A stretch of DNA of 64,000 bases, from positions 5,482 to 69,481 of the forward strand of contig CABUSV010000013.1 in assembly GCA_902494345.1 (NCBI GenBank), read 5' to 3'. The translations under genes were made by a program, and so were the position numbers. The notes under the pieces are model-generated. The model ran no database searches. It saw nothing but the letters and a program-made list of their open reading frames with translations, and was not told where the DNA came from. The DNA is from an uncultured Collinsella sp. (GTDB taxonomy: Bacteria; Actinomycetota; Coriobacteriia; Coriobacteriales; Coriobacteriaceae). This document shows positions 51,268-60,475 of this stretch, one piece after another (the first letter of the stretch is position 1; each line of letters opens with the position of its first letter).

Positions 51268-52001
51268 GGAATCTCCCGATACCCGCGCGGCGTGACCATA
51301 CGGCCGCCCACGCGCTTCGTGTCCGCGTTGCCAACGAACACGGTGGTGAACATGTCGGCGTCGATCTCCCCCAGCTCGGAGAGCCTGCACATGCCCGACT
51401 GCTGCCCCTCGCGCCCGATGTTGCGTACCCAGCCGCAGAGCGTGTCGGGGGCCTTCCATTCGAGCATAATCTTCGCCGCGCGTGAGAGCCTGTCGGCGCG
51501 CTTTCTGCTGCGCGGATTGTACAAACAGATGCAGAAGTCGGCGCTCGCCACGGCGGCGAGCCTGCGCTCGATGACCTCCCACGGCGTGAGCAGGTCGGAG
51601 AGCGACACGACCGCGAAGTCGTGGGCAAGCGGGGCACCGAGCACCGCCGACCCGCTCTGAGCCGCGGTGGCTCCGGCGATAACTTCCACGTCTACATCGG
51701 GGTAGTCCTCCGCAAGCTCCAGCACGGGGCTCGCCATGCCATACACGCCCGCGTCACCGCTGCACACGAGCGCCACGGCTTCTCCGCTCTGCGCGCGTGA
51801 AAGCGCCAGGCGGCACCGTTCGACCTCGTGCATCATCGGCGTCGCGAGATGCGCCGCGTCGGGCACGGCGGCGAGCGCGAGCTCCACGTATTTCGTGTAC
51901 CCCACAACGATGTCGGCCGCCTCGAGCGCGCGCCGGGCCGCAATCGTCATGCCGTCGGGGCCGCCCGGGCCGATCCCCACCACGAAGAGCTTTCCCATCA
52001 C
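51255..52001 (-). CDS. cbiH: Precorrin-3B / cobalt-factor III C17-methyltransferase
   Basis: VGIGPG, SGDAGVYGM, GAPLAHDF, SLSDLLTPW, LYNPRS, TPRGY. Confidence 0.92.
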   Translation of the reverse strand: MMGKLFVVGIGPGGPDGMTIAARRALEAADIVVGYTKYVELALAAVPDAAHLATPMMHEVERCRLALSRAQSGEAVALVCSGDAGVYGMASPVLELAEDYPDVDVEVIAGATAAQSGSAVLGAPLAHDFAVVSLSDLLTPWEVIERRLAAVASADFCICLYNPRSRKRADRLSRAAKIMLEWKAPDTLCGWVRNIGREGQQSGMCRLSELGEIDADMFTTVFVGNADTKRVGGRMVTPRGYREIPCER

Positions 52002-53131
52002 CGCTCCTTAAACGAAAGTTCGATAGTTACCTTGGAAAACGCGACGGTCACGCCGCCGTGAGCGAGCTTCGGGAAGATAAGTTTGCCCCCGTCCGCGAGC
52101 GCCGCGCGCTCGCACACGTTGTCGACCCCCACCGTCGCGCGCACGAAATCAGATGGCGAAACGCTGCCTTCGACCTGCGACAACTCATCTGCGGAATACG
52201 TCGCAAGCGGGATATTCCGCGCGCGGCAGAAGGCGAGCAGACCCTCCTCGTGCGCCTTCACGTCGATCGTCGCCGCCTCGCGCACGGCCGAAGGCGAGAT
52301 ACCCGCCTGCCCGCACGCGAGAAGAAACGCCTCCTCGATCGCTTCGGCGCACGCACCGCGACGGCACCCTATGCCCGCAACGATGCAGGGCACGACAAGG
52401 CGAAGCGGCTCGGGCGCAGGCGCCTGCGCCCGCACGCCCGCCGGCTTCCCCGTCTCACCGGCGGGCACGACCTCGCCCGTTGTCTCCGCCGCGCGAACGG
52501 ACGCACCTGCATTCGCGCCAGCGAACGGCGACACGACGATATCGGCCCGCGCGCGGTCGGAGGCAATGTCAACCCCCTCAGGCGGCTGTCCCGAAATCGG
52601 CATGTCGGAATAGAGCGCCACGCGCCCGCCAGAAAGCAGCCGCGCCGACACTCGCTTGATGGCCTCGGGATTCGAAACGGCGAGCCCCAAACGACGCGCC
52701 CACGTATCCACCGCCCACACGCCGCGGACATCGGTCGCCGTGGTGATGACGGGGATGGCCCCTGCCGCGCGTGCCACAGTTTGCGCAAGCTCGTTCGCAC
52801 CGCCCAAATGCCCCGACAAAAGCGGGACGGCAAAGCGCCCCGCCTCGTCGATCGCCACAACCGCTGGATCGTTTGCCTTCGAGGCGACATGCGGTGCGAT
52901 CGCCCGCACGGCGATGCCCGCCGCGCCCACGAACAGAAGCGCGTCCGACGCTTCCCACGTGAGCGCCGTCCATGCGCGCAGGTCGGCCTTCCCCTCGCCG
53001 AACCCGCGCGAAACGGAAACGTCCCAGCCAGGGTCGTCTTCACCTGTCTGCGCGCAATCGGAAAGCGCGCGTGCGGTGCGCTCCGCCAACGCATACCCCC
53101 TCTCAGTGAACGCTATGCAGGAAACCCTCAT
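51998..53131 (-). CDS. cbiG: Cobalt-precorrin-5A hydrolase
   Basis: GAAGIAVRAIAP, DPAVV, LSGHLGGANELA, ITTATD, GIGCRRG, VCERAAL. Confidence 0.92.
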   Translation of the reverse strand: MRVSCIAFTERGYALAERTARALSDCAQTGEDDPGWDVSVSRGFGEGKADLRAWTALTWEASDALLFVGAAGIAVRAIAPHVASKANDPAVVAIDEAGRFAVPLLSGHLGGANELAQTVARAAGAIPVITTATDVRGVWAVDTWARRLGLAVSNPEAIKRVSARLLSGGRVALYSDMPISGQPPEGVDIASDRARADIVVSPFAGANAGASVRAAETTGEVVPAGETGKPAGVRAQAPAPEPLRLVVPCIVAGIGCRRGACAEAIEEAFLLACGQAGISPSAVREAATIDVKAHEEGLLAFCRARNIPLATYSADELSQVEGSVSPSDFVRATVGVDNVCERAALADGGKLIFPKLAHGGVTVAFSKVTIELSFKER

Positions 53132-53821
53132 CTAGCGCACCACCATCGTCGAGAAGTAGCTGCCCCGACCGGGCACATCGTCGAGCGAACGGTACACGCG
53201 CTCGCCCGGAAGCCCACAGTCCTCTACAAGCTCGGCACCGTCGAAGGCGCCCTCCTCGCAAAGGAAGCGCTTCGTGTCCGCAAGCGAGCGGCGCGCCTTC
53301 ATGACCACCTTCGTCCCCGGCCAGCCGATTGCGCGGCGCACGTCATCGTAGCCGCCGGGCACGATGTGCAGAGGCGACGACATCTCGGGCGTGAGGTCGC
53401 GCTCGAGCGCCGCGGCGACCGCGCAGAAGCTCGGCACGCCGGGAATGGCGCGCGCCTCAAACCCGCGGGCACGCACGTCGGGCGCTATGCGCTGGAAGGT
53501 GGCGTAGATGCTCGGGTCCCCCAGGTTCAGCAGAGCGACGTCGCGGACCGCATCCAGGTGCGCGACAAGCTCGCGAACAAGCGAGGCATGCTCGGCCGCG
53601 CGGCGCTCGAGATCGCGCGTCATCGAGAATCGCACGGGAATAACCGTCTTGCCTGTAAGGTCGACGGCGCCGCGCACGATGTCGAGCGCGACCATGACCC
53701 CGTCCGCCGTCTGCGGTGCGGCGATGACCGGACACGATTCGATTGTGCGCACGGCCTTGATCGTGAGCAGCTCGGGGTCGCCAGGCCCCGTGCCCACCCC
53801 GTACAGCACGCCTTTACTCAT
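53132..53821 (-). CDS. cbiL: Cobalt-factor II / precorrin-2 C20-methyltransferase
   Basis: LYGVGTGPGDPELLTIKA, LGDPSIYATF, IPGVPSF, SYFS. Confidence 0.92.
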   Translation of the reverse strand: MSKGVLYGVGTGPGDPELLTIKAVRTIESCPVIAAPQTADGVMVALDIVRGAVDLTGKTVIPVRFSMTRDLERRAAEHASLVRELVAHLDAVRDVALLNLGDPSIYATFQRIAPDVRARGFEARAIPGVPSFCAVAAALERDLTPEMSSPLHIVPGGYDDVRRAIGWPGTKVVMKARRSLADTKRFLCEEGAFDGAELVEDCGLPGERVYRSLDDVPGRGSYFSTMVVR

Positions 53822-54998
53822 ACGTCGCCCCCAATTCCCCGATAACCGCATCGGCGCCCGACGTGCGGAAAAGCTCGCGGCGCTCGGCGTCGAACACGAC
53901 CGCGGCGATGTCGCATGCGCCCGCCGCGCGACGGCGCAACCTGTCCTCGATTGCCGCAGCGAGCGAGGCGCGCGCAGCGTCCCCCACGCCGGCGGCCTCG
54001 ATTACCTCGAGCGCCGCCGTGGTCGTGACCGACGACATGATCTCGTGCACGGTCTTCGCGCCCGCGCCGGCCAAGGCCGCGTGGGCGGCCAGAATCTCCG
54101 CGCGGCAGTCGGCGGTACGCGAATGGGTGTCCATGATGCCGCCCGCGACCTTCACCAGCTTGCCGATGTGTCCCACAAGAAGGACATTGGTAAATCCCTC
54201 GCGAACGCAGCAATCAATCGCATCGCCCACGAAGTTGGAGATGAAGACCACCGGCACACCGTTTAGGTGGAAATGCCCCGAGATGAACTGCGCGCCGTAG
54301 TTGCCGGGCGTGAGCACGACTCCGCGCCGCCCCATAGCCGCATGCTGCCGGATCTCGAGCTCGATGCTGTCGCGCAAGGCAGCGAGGCTGCGCGGCTCGA
54401 CGATGCCCGTCGTGCCCAGGATGGAGATGCCGCCCTCTATCCCCAGGTGCGGGTTGAAGGTCTTTTCGGCAAGGGCAACACCCTCGGGTACCGAAATCGT
54501 CACAGCAATATTTCCAGAAAAGCCGTGCGCGGCACACACCTCGCGCACCACCGAAGTGATCATCGCGCGCGGCGTCGCGTTGATGGCGGCCGCCCCCACC
54601 GGCTGCTCGAGCCCGGGCAACGTCACGCGCCCCACGCCCACGCCGCCATCGATGGAAACTTCCGATTCGCGCGCGGACACGCCCTTGCTGCCCGCAGTGC
54701 CCGTGCCCGACCCCACATGTTCCACGCGCGCGTACACGAGCACGCCGTCGGTCACATCGGCGTCGTCACCTGCGTCCTTTCGCACGGCGCACTGGGCGCA
54801 CCCCTCGCCGATGCATGCGTCGACCACGTCCGTCTCGACGGGCAGCCCGCCGGGGGTAACGATCGACACGCGGCCGACGGGCTTTCGTGACAAGAGCATC
54901 TCACAGGCCGCCTTCGCCGCGAGCGCGGCGCAGCTCCCCGTGGTGTAGCCGCAGCGCAGGCGGGTCGTCCCGGTATATATGTAGTGCTCGAAGGCCAC
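53814..54998 (-). CDS. cbiD: Cobalt-precorrin-5B C1-methyltransferase
   Basis: GYTTGSCAALAAKA, KDAGDDADVT, TFNPHLGIEGGISILGTTGIV, GHIGKLVK. Confidence 0.94.
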   Translation of the reverse strand: MAFEHYIYTGTTRLRCGYTTGSCAALAAKAACEMLLSRKPVGRVSIVTPGGLPVETDVVDACIGEGCAQCAVRKDAGDDADVTDGVLVYARVEHVGSGTGTAGSKGVSARESEVSIDGGVGVGRVTLPGLEQPVGAAAINATPRAMITSVVREVCAAHGFSGNIAVTISVPEGVALAEKTFNPHLGIEGGISILGTTGIVEPRSLAALRDSIELEIRQHAAMGRRGVVLTPGNYGAQFISGHFHLNGVPVVFISNFVGDAIDCCVREGFTNVLLVGHIGKLVKVAGGIMDTHSRTADCRAEILAAHAALAGAGAKTVHEIMSSVTTTAALEVIEAAGVGDAARASLAAAIEDRLRRRAAGACDIAAVVFDAERRELFRTSGADAVIGELGATYE

Positions 54999-54999
54999 G

Positions 55000-55791
55000 C
55001 TAGCTACTCGCCTTCCGATACCCCGTGGCAAACGAAGGGTCGTAAAGCTTGCTGCGCTCGTACGACTCCGCTTGCGCGCCGTTGTGCGCAAGCCCGCCGC
55101 GAGCTCCGAGCACGCGGCCCACCACCACGAGCGCCGTGCGGTCGATGCCCTCTCGCGCACCCGCATCGGCGAGCGTGCCCACTGTGCAGCGCACCACGCG
55201 CTCCTCAGGCCAGGTCGCCTTGTACACGAGCGCCGCCGGCTCGTCGGAGCTGCGGCCCGCGGCCAAAAGCTCGGCGGAAAGCTCGGCGAGCATACCCGAG
55301 CTCAGGAAGATGACCATAGTCGAGCCGCTTTCCGCCATGGTGCGCATGCCCTCGCCCGCGGGCATAGGGGTGCGCCCGGAAAGCCGCGTGATCACGACCG
55401 ACTGGCTGATTCCCGGCAGCGTGTATTCCTGGCGAAGCGCCGCTGCGGCACCGCAAAAGCTCGACACGCCGGGCACCACCTCGTAGTCCACGCCGCGCGC
55501 GTCGAGCGCGTCCATCTGCTCCTGGATGGCGCCGTACAGGCACGGGTCGCCCGTGTGCAGGCGCACCACTTCCTCGCCCCGTGCATCCGCCGCGCACATC
55601 ACGTCGAGCACTTCCTCCAAGGTCATGTGCGCGCTGTCGTAGACGACGCAGGATTCCTTACACTCGGCGAGCAGCTCGGGGTTCACAAGGCTTCCCGCCC
55701 AAACGACCACGTCGGCCGCACGCAGAAGGCGCGCCCCGCGCAGCGTGATAAGGTCGGCGGCGCCCGAGCCTGCACCAACGATATGAATCAT
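55000..55791 (-). CDS. cbiF: Cobalt-precorrin-4 C11-methyltransferase
   Basis: VGAGSGAADLITLRG, AGSLV, RLHTGDP, SKLYD. Confidence 0.93.
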   Translation of the reverse strand: MIHIVGAGSGAADLITLRGARLLRAADVVVWAGSLVNPELLAECKESCVVYDSAHMTLEEVLDVMCAADARGEEVVRLHTGDPCLYGAIQEQMDALDARGVDYEVVPGVSSFCGAAAALRQEYTLPGISQSVVITRLSGRTPMPAGEGMRTMAESGSTMVIFLSSGMLAELSAELLAAGRSSDEPAALVYKATWPEERVVRCTVGTLADAGAREGIDRTALVVVGRVLGARGGLAHNGAQAESYERSKLYDPSFATGYRKASS

Positions 55792-55922
55792 CCGAGCCTT
55801 CCCTTCCCGTTTCTCATCGCAACCGTTTACGCCGCCATTCGCGCAGCGGGCAAAACACGGCGCCTGCGGCGGCAATCGGCGCAAATACGCAGGCAGGAGG
55901 CGCAATGCCGCCCGCCCTGGCT

Positions 55923-55951
55923 TTGACACGTTCACAAGTGCCCACTATCAT
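55923..55951 (+). promoter_or_regulatory. Sigma70-type promoter for the cbiK-transporter operon
   Basis: TTGACA-N17-TATCAT. Confidence 0.75.
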
Positions 55952-55989
55952 AGTAAAAGTTTCGGCAACGAGCATATGACAATCGGATA

Positions 55990-56135
55990 AAAGGAAATGA
56001 CCGGCGCGGCGCCCGCACAGCCCGCGCTGGCTTGCGGAGGGAACCAGGTGGGAATCCTGGGCAAGGGACATTACTGTATAGGACGCGCGGGCGAACCGCC
56101 TCGCGCCCCAAGCCAGACTGCTTCGCCTTTTCCTC
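55990..56135 (+). ncRNA. Cobalamin (B12) riboswitch
   Basis: GGGAA 56039, CCAGGTGGGAATCCTGG stem with T-loop-like loop, ACTGT 56073, AAGCCAGAC B12-box-like 56110; lies between the promoter and cbiK. Confidence 0.8.
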
Positions 56136-56249
56136 ACGGCATCGCCGTGGCGTTAGCTCCTTGTGAACCCCGAGGGGTGCGCTTTTCTTTCGCTTGTGCC
56201 GACAAGCAACTGTCGCCGGGGGACCGGCAAACCGAGGAAAGGAAAAACC

Positions 56250-57176
56250 ATGTCCGACCAGATGTCACGCCGCGGCTTCATGGGCGCCGCAGCAACCGGA
56301 GCCGTCGCGCTCGCCGGAGTCGCGCTCGCGGGCTGCTCCAACACCTCCGCGAGTTCCGAGAAATCGAGTGAAAAGGAGAAGGCCGTGAAGCCGGTCATCC
56401 TCGTCACGAGCTTCGGCACGAGCTACAACGACTCGCGCCACATCACCATCGGCGCCATCGAAGACGCTATCCGCGAGAAGTACTGGCAGGACTACGACAT
56501 CCGCCGCGCCTTCACCGCGCAGATCATCATCGACAAGCTGAAGAAGCGCGACGGCATCACGATCGACAACATGACCGAGGCGCTCGACCGCTGCGTGGAA
56601 GACGGCGTGAAGGAAATCGTCGTGCAGCCGACGCATCTCATGGGTGGCCTGGAATATACCGACGTGAAAGACGAGCTCGACAAGTACGCCGACAAGTTCG
56701 ACAAAATCTCGCTCGGCGACCCGCTGCTCACCTCCGACGACGACTACAAGAAGGTGGCCGCAGCCATTAAGGAGAACATGGCGTCCTTCGACGACGGCAA
56801 GACGGCGCTGTGCCTCATGGGCCACGGCACCGAAGCCGATTCCAACGCCGACTATGCCAAGATGCAGGAAGTGTTCAAGAACGAGGGCTTGACGCAGTTC
56901 TTCGTCGGCACCGTCGAGGCTGAACCGACCTGCGAGGATGTTATCGCCGCCGCGAGCGCCGCAGGGTACAAGAAGGCCGTGCTCGCGCCGTTCATGGTGG
57001 TCGCGGGCGACCACGCGAACAACGACATGGCAGACGAGACCGACCCCGACAGCTGGGCTGCGAAGTTCGTGGCCGCCGGCTTCGAAGTGACGTGCCTGCT
57101 CCAGGGTCTGGGACAGAACGTCGCGGTCGACGACATCTACGTCTCGCACGTGGACGACGCCATCGCCAAGCTGTAA
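56250..57176 (+). CDS. cbiK: Sirohydrochlorin cobaltochelatase CbiK, predicted Tat-exported lipoprotein
   Basis: SFGTS, RRAFT, VQPTHLM, MGHGT, PFMVVAGDHANNDM; N-terminal SRRGFM twin-arginine motif and LAGC lipobox. Confidence 0.9.
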   Translation: MSDQMSRRGFMGAAATGAVALAGVALAGCSNTSASSEKSSEKEKAVKPVILVTSFGTSYNDSRHITIGAIEDAIREKYWQDYDIRRAFTAQIIIDKLKKRDGITIDNMTEALDRCVEDGVKEIVVQPTHLMGGLEYTDVKDELDKYADKFDKISLGDPLLTSDDDYKKVAAAIKENMASFDDGKTALCLMGHGTEADSNADYAKMQEVFKNEGLTQFFVGTVEAEPTCEDVIAAASAAGYKKAVLAPFMVVAGDHANNDMADETDPDSWAAKFVAAGFEVTCLLQGLGQNVAVDDIYVSHVDDAIAKL

Positions 57177-57320
57177 ACTCGCCGCGCACGGGGGCGCCGG
57201 TCGCGTCCCCGTGCAACGGGCATGTGCCTTCCCCGACCGACGGCGCATGCCCGTTGCATTCGCATCCCGCCCGCCCACCGCACGGCGCGGGCGGTCGAAG
57301 CGATTGAAAGGAACCCCTCC

Positions 57321-57854
57321 ATGTTGAAGAAAACCCTCGCCTTCGCCCTGTCGGCGGCGCTTTTCGCGTTCTCGCTCGCCGGCTGCGGCGGAAATTCAAT
57401 CGACAGCGCAAAGGCAAGCGATGCCGATACCCAGGAAAAGACCGAACAGGCGGCCGATGCGCCCGAGGGCGCAAGCGCTGCCCCCATCACCGCCGACAAG
57501 GTGGCCGACGGCACCTATCCGATCACCGTAGATTCCAGCTCGAACATGTTCAGGATTGTGGACGCCCAGCTCATCGTGGAAAACGGCTCCATGCACTGCG
57601 TGATGACACTTTCCGGCACGGGCTACGGCAAGCTCTTCATGGGCACGGGCGACGAGGCTGCCGCTGCGAGCGAGGCCGACTTCATCCCCTATGTGGAAAA
57701 CGCGGAAGGCAAGTACACCTACGACGTGCCCGTTGATGCGCTCGACGAGGACACCGCCTGCGCCGCGTGGAGCATTAAAAGGGAGCGGTGGTACGACCGC
57801 ACGCTCGTATTCGAATCCGCCGGCGTCGATCTGCGCGCCGACGCACTGAAGTAA
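57321..57854 (+). CDS. Lipoprotein with a beta-rich (NEAT-like?) domain, probably corrinoid/metal uptake
   Basis: LAGC lipobox; DGTYPITV...MTLSGTGYGKLFMG...WYDRTLVF; within the B12-riboswitch operon. Confidence 0.7.
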   Translation: MLKKTLAFALSAALFAFSLAGCGGNSIDSAKASDADTQEKTEQAADAPEGASAAPITADKVADGTYPITVDSSSNMFRIVDAQLIVENGSMHCVMTLSGTGYGKLFMGTGDEAAAASEADFIPYVENAEGKYTYDVPVDALDEDTACAAWSIKRERWYDRTLVFESAGVDLRADALK

Positions 57855-57858
57855 CGCC

Positions 57859-59430
57859 ATGCGGTCGATTCTTCCCAAGGGGGAAAACAGGAAGCGCCGC
57901 AGCATCGCGGCGCGCGTAATCGCCTGCGTTCTCGTCGCCCTGCTCACGCTTCCCTTCGCGGGGTGCAGTGCGAGCCCGAACGCGACCGGTGGCACGACGG
58001 GCTCTCAGGAATACACTGTGAGTGTCTCGCTTTCCGGCGGGTCAGGGCGCGCAAGCATCGCCTCACCCACCACAATTGTGAAGGATGGCGACACCTACAC
58101 CGCGACCATCACCTGGTCGAGTTCGAACTACGACAAGATGACCGTCGACGGCGTGGACTACGCGCCCGTAAACGACGGCGGCAACTCCACATTCGAGATA
58201 CCCGTCACGCTCGACGAGGACATCGCCGTGTCGGCCGAGACCGTCGCCATGTCGACGCCGCACACCATCGACTACACGCTCCACTTCGACTCATCCACCA
58301 TGAAGGAGAAATCGGGCGACGATGCAAGTGGCGGCTCCCCTGCGGGAACGGCTTCAGGCGCCGCGGCCGACTTCCACAACACCGATTTGGGCTGCGGCTG
58401 GGAGCCGACGGGAACGCTTCAGCTAGAATACGCCGAGCACTTCACTGTCGACGAGTTCGAAGGCGGCCTGCGGCTTATCTGCGTTTCGAACGGGGAGCGC
58501 TTCCTCGTGGTGCCGCAAGATGCGAAGGTACCTGATGGGTTGAGCTCCGACATCGCGGTCATAAGGCGCCCCGCCGACAAGGTGTACCTCGTGTCGTCGG
58601 CGACGATGTGCCTGGTCGACGCGCTCGATGCGAACGACAATATCCTCATGTCGGGCACGAAAGCCGACGATTGCTCGGTCGCGGGCTTCAAAAGCGCGCT
58701 CGAAAGTGGGGCGATCGCCTACGGCGGCAAGTACAGCGCGCCCGACTACGAGCGAATATCGGCCTCGGGCTGCACGCTCGCCATCGAGAACACCATGATC
58801 AACCACACGCCCGATGTGAAAGAAAAGCTGCAGAAGCTCGGGCTCGTCGTGCTCACCGAACAGTCGTCGAGCGAGCCCGAAGCACTCGGGCGCGTCGAGT
58901 GGATTAAGCTTTTCGGCGTACTGTTCGACAAGGAAGACGAGGCCGCGCACCTGTTCAACGAGCAGAAGGCACGCGTCGAGCAAACGTCGGGGCTCGCGTC
59001 GTCAGGTAAAACCGTGGCGTATTTCTACATTAACTCGAACGGGGCCGCCGTCACGAGGCGGGCGGGCGACTACGTGGCGCAGATGATCGAGCTTGCAGGC
59101 GGCAGCTACGCGCTCGATGACGCGCAGACGGCGTCGACGTCAGGTTCGTCAGTAACGCTCGAAATGGAGCGCTTCTACGCGACGGCGAAGGATGCCGACA
59201 TCATCATCTACAACGGCACCATCGACGAATCGGTTGCCACCTTGAACGATTTCGTAGGCAAAAACGCGCTATTGTCGCAGTTCAAAGCCGTGAAGAACGG
59301 CAACGTCTGGGTCACAAGCGCCGACATGTACCAGCAGATGACCTCTACCGCCGACATTATCGATGAGCTGCACGGGGCGTTCACCGGCGATGACGCGAGC
59401 GACTTCCATTATCTGAGGAAGCTCGGCTAG
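57859..59430 (+). CDS. ABC substrate-binding lipoprotein (BtuF/FecB class) with an extra N-terminal beta domain
   Basis: FAGC lipobox, GGSGRASI...WSSSNYD domain, YSAPDYE, LGRVEWIKLFG, FKAVKNGNVW. Confidence 0.85.
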   Translation: MRSILPKGENRKRRSIAARVIACVLVALLTLPFAGCSASPNATGGTTGSQEYTVSVSLSGGSGRASIASPTTIVKDGDTYTATITWSSSNYDKMTVDGVDYAPVNDGGNSTFEIPVTLDEDIAVSAETVAMSTPHTIDYTLHFDSSTMKEKSGDDASGGSPAGTASGAAADFHNTDLGCGWEPTGTLQLEYAEHFTVDEFEGGLRLICVSNGERFLVVPQDAKVPDGLSSDIAVIRRPADKVYLVSSATMCLVDALDANDNILMSGTKADDCSVAGFKSALESGAIAYGGKYSAPDYERISASGCTLAIENTMINHTPDVKEKLQKLGLVVLTEQSSSEPEALGRVEWIKLFGVLFDKEDEAAHLFNEQKARVEQTSGLASSGKTVAYFYINSNGAAVTRRAGDYVAQMIELAGGSYALDDAQTASTSGSSVTLEMERFYATAKDADIIIYNGTIDESVATLNDFVGKNALLSQFKAVKNGNVWVTSADMYQQMTSTADIIDELHGAFTGDDASDFHYLRKLG

Positions 59431-59434
59431 CGCC

Positions 59435-60475
59435 ATGAGAAGCCGACTTTCCATGGCATACGACGAATCGGGGCGCGCCGCGCGGTGTCGCGTCGTGACG
59501 GCGCTGCTCGCTGTTGCCCTCATCGTGCTCGTCGGGACCAACCTGTGCATCGGGAGCGTGCTCGTACCCGCAGACCACATCCCCGGCATCCTTTCGGGCG
59601 GCGCGGCCAATTCCATGGAAAGCCAGGTCATCTGGGAGATTCGCCTGCCGCGCGTGCTTTCAGCCGTGCTTCTCGGCGGGGCACTTTCGCTCTCCGGGTT
59701 CCTGCTGCAGACGTTTTTCAACAACCCTATCGCCGACCCGTTCATCTTGGGCGTCTCCTCGGGCGCAAAGTTCGTCGTCGCGCTTACGATGATCGTACTT
59801 CTGGGCGCGAACCAGGCCATGTCCTCGCCGGCCATGGTGGCCGCAGCGTTTCTGGGCTCGCTTATCACCATCGGCTTCGTGCTCCTCATCGCACGGCGCA
59901 TAAGTTCCATGGCCATGCTCATCGTGGCGGGCGTCATGGTGGGATACATCTGCTCGGCGGCGACGAACTTCCTCATCGCCTTCGCCGACGACCAGTCCAT
60001 CGTGAACCTGCACAACTGGTCTTTGGGTAGCTTCTCGGGTTCGAGCTGGGACGACGTCGCGGTCATCGCGGTCGTGGTGATCACCGTGAGCGCATGCGCA
60101 TTCGCGATATCGAAGCCCCTTTCCGCCTTCCAGCTGGGAGAAGCCTACGCGAAAAGCGTCGGCGTGAACGTCGCACGCTTCCGCGTGGTGCTCGTCCTTC
60201 TAGCGAGCATGCTCTCCGCCTGCGTGACCGCGTTCGCTGGTCCGGTGTCGTTCGTAGGCATCGCGGTTCCGCATCTCGTGAAGTCGGCGCTGAAGTCGTC
60301 GAAGCCCATCCGCGTGATTCCTGCGTGCTTCTTGGGAGGCGCCATCTTCTGCGCGGGCTGCGATTTGATCGCGCGCACGCTGTTCTCTCCCGTCGAGCTT
60401 TCCATCAGCGCCGTCACCGCCATCTTCGGCGCGCCGGTGGTTATCGCGCTCATGTTGAAGAAACGGGTGAGGTAG
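59435..60475 (+). CDS. FecCD/BtuC-family ABC permease
   Basis: IRLPRV, LQTFFNNPIADPFILGVSSGA, LGEAYAKSVGV, FVGIAVPH. Confidence 0.93.
   Translation: MRSRLSMAYDESGRAARCRVVTALLAVALIVLVGTNLCIGSVLVPADHIPGILSGGAANSMESQVIWEIRLPRVLSAVLLGGALSLSGFLLQTFFNNPIADPFILGVSSGAKFVVALTMIVLLGANQAMSSPAMVAAAFLGSLITIGFVLLIARRISSMAMLIVAGVMVGYICSAATNFLIAFADDQSIVNLHNWSLGSFSGSSWDDVAVIAVVVITVSACAFAISKPLSAFQLGEAYAKSVGVNVARFRVVLVLLASMLSACVTAFAGPVSFVGIAVPHLVKSALKSSKPIRVIPACFLGGAIFCAGCDLIARTLFSPVELSISAVTAIFGAPVVIALMLKKRVR

Noticed and set aside
53814..54998. Possible frameshift in cbiD suggested by overlapping short ORFs
   Set aside because: A single continuous frame contains all the CbiD motifs through to the stop at 53814
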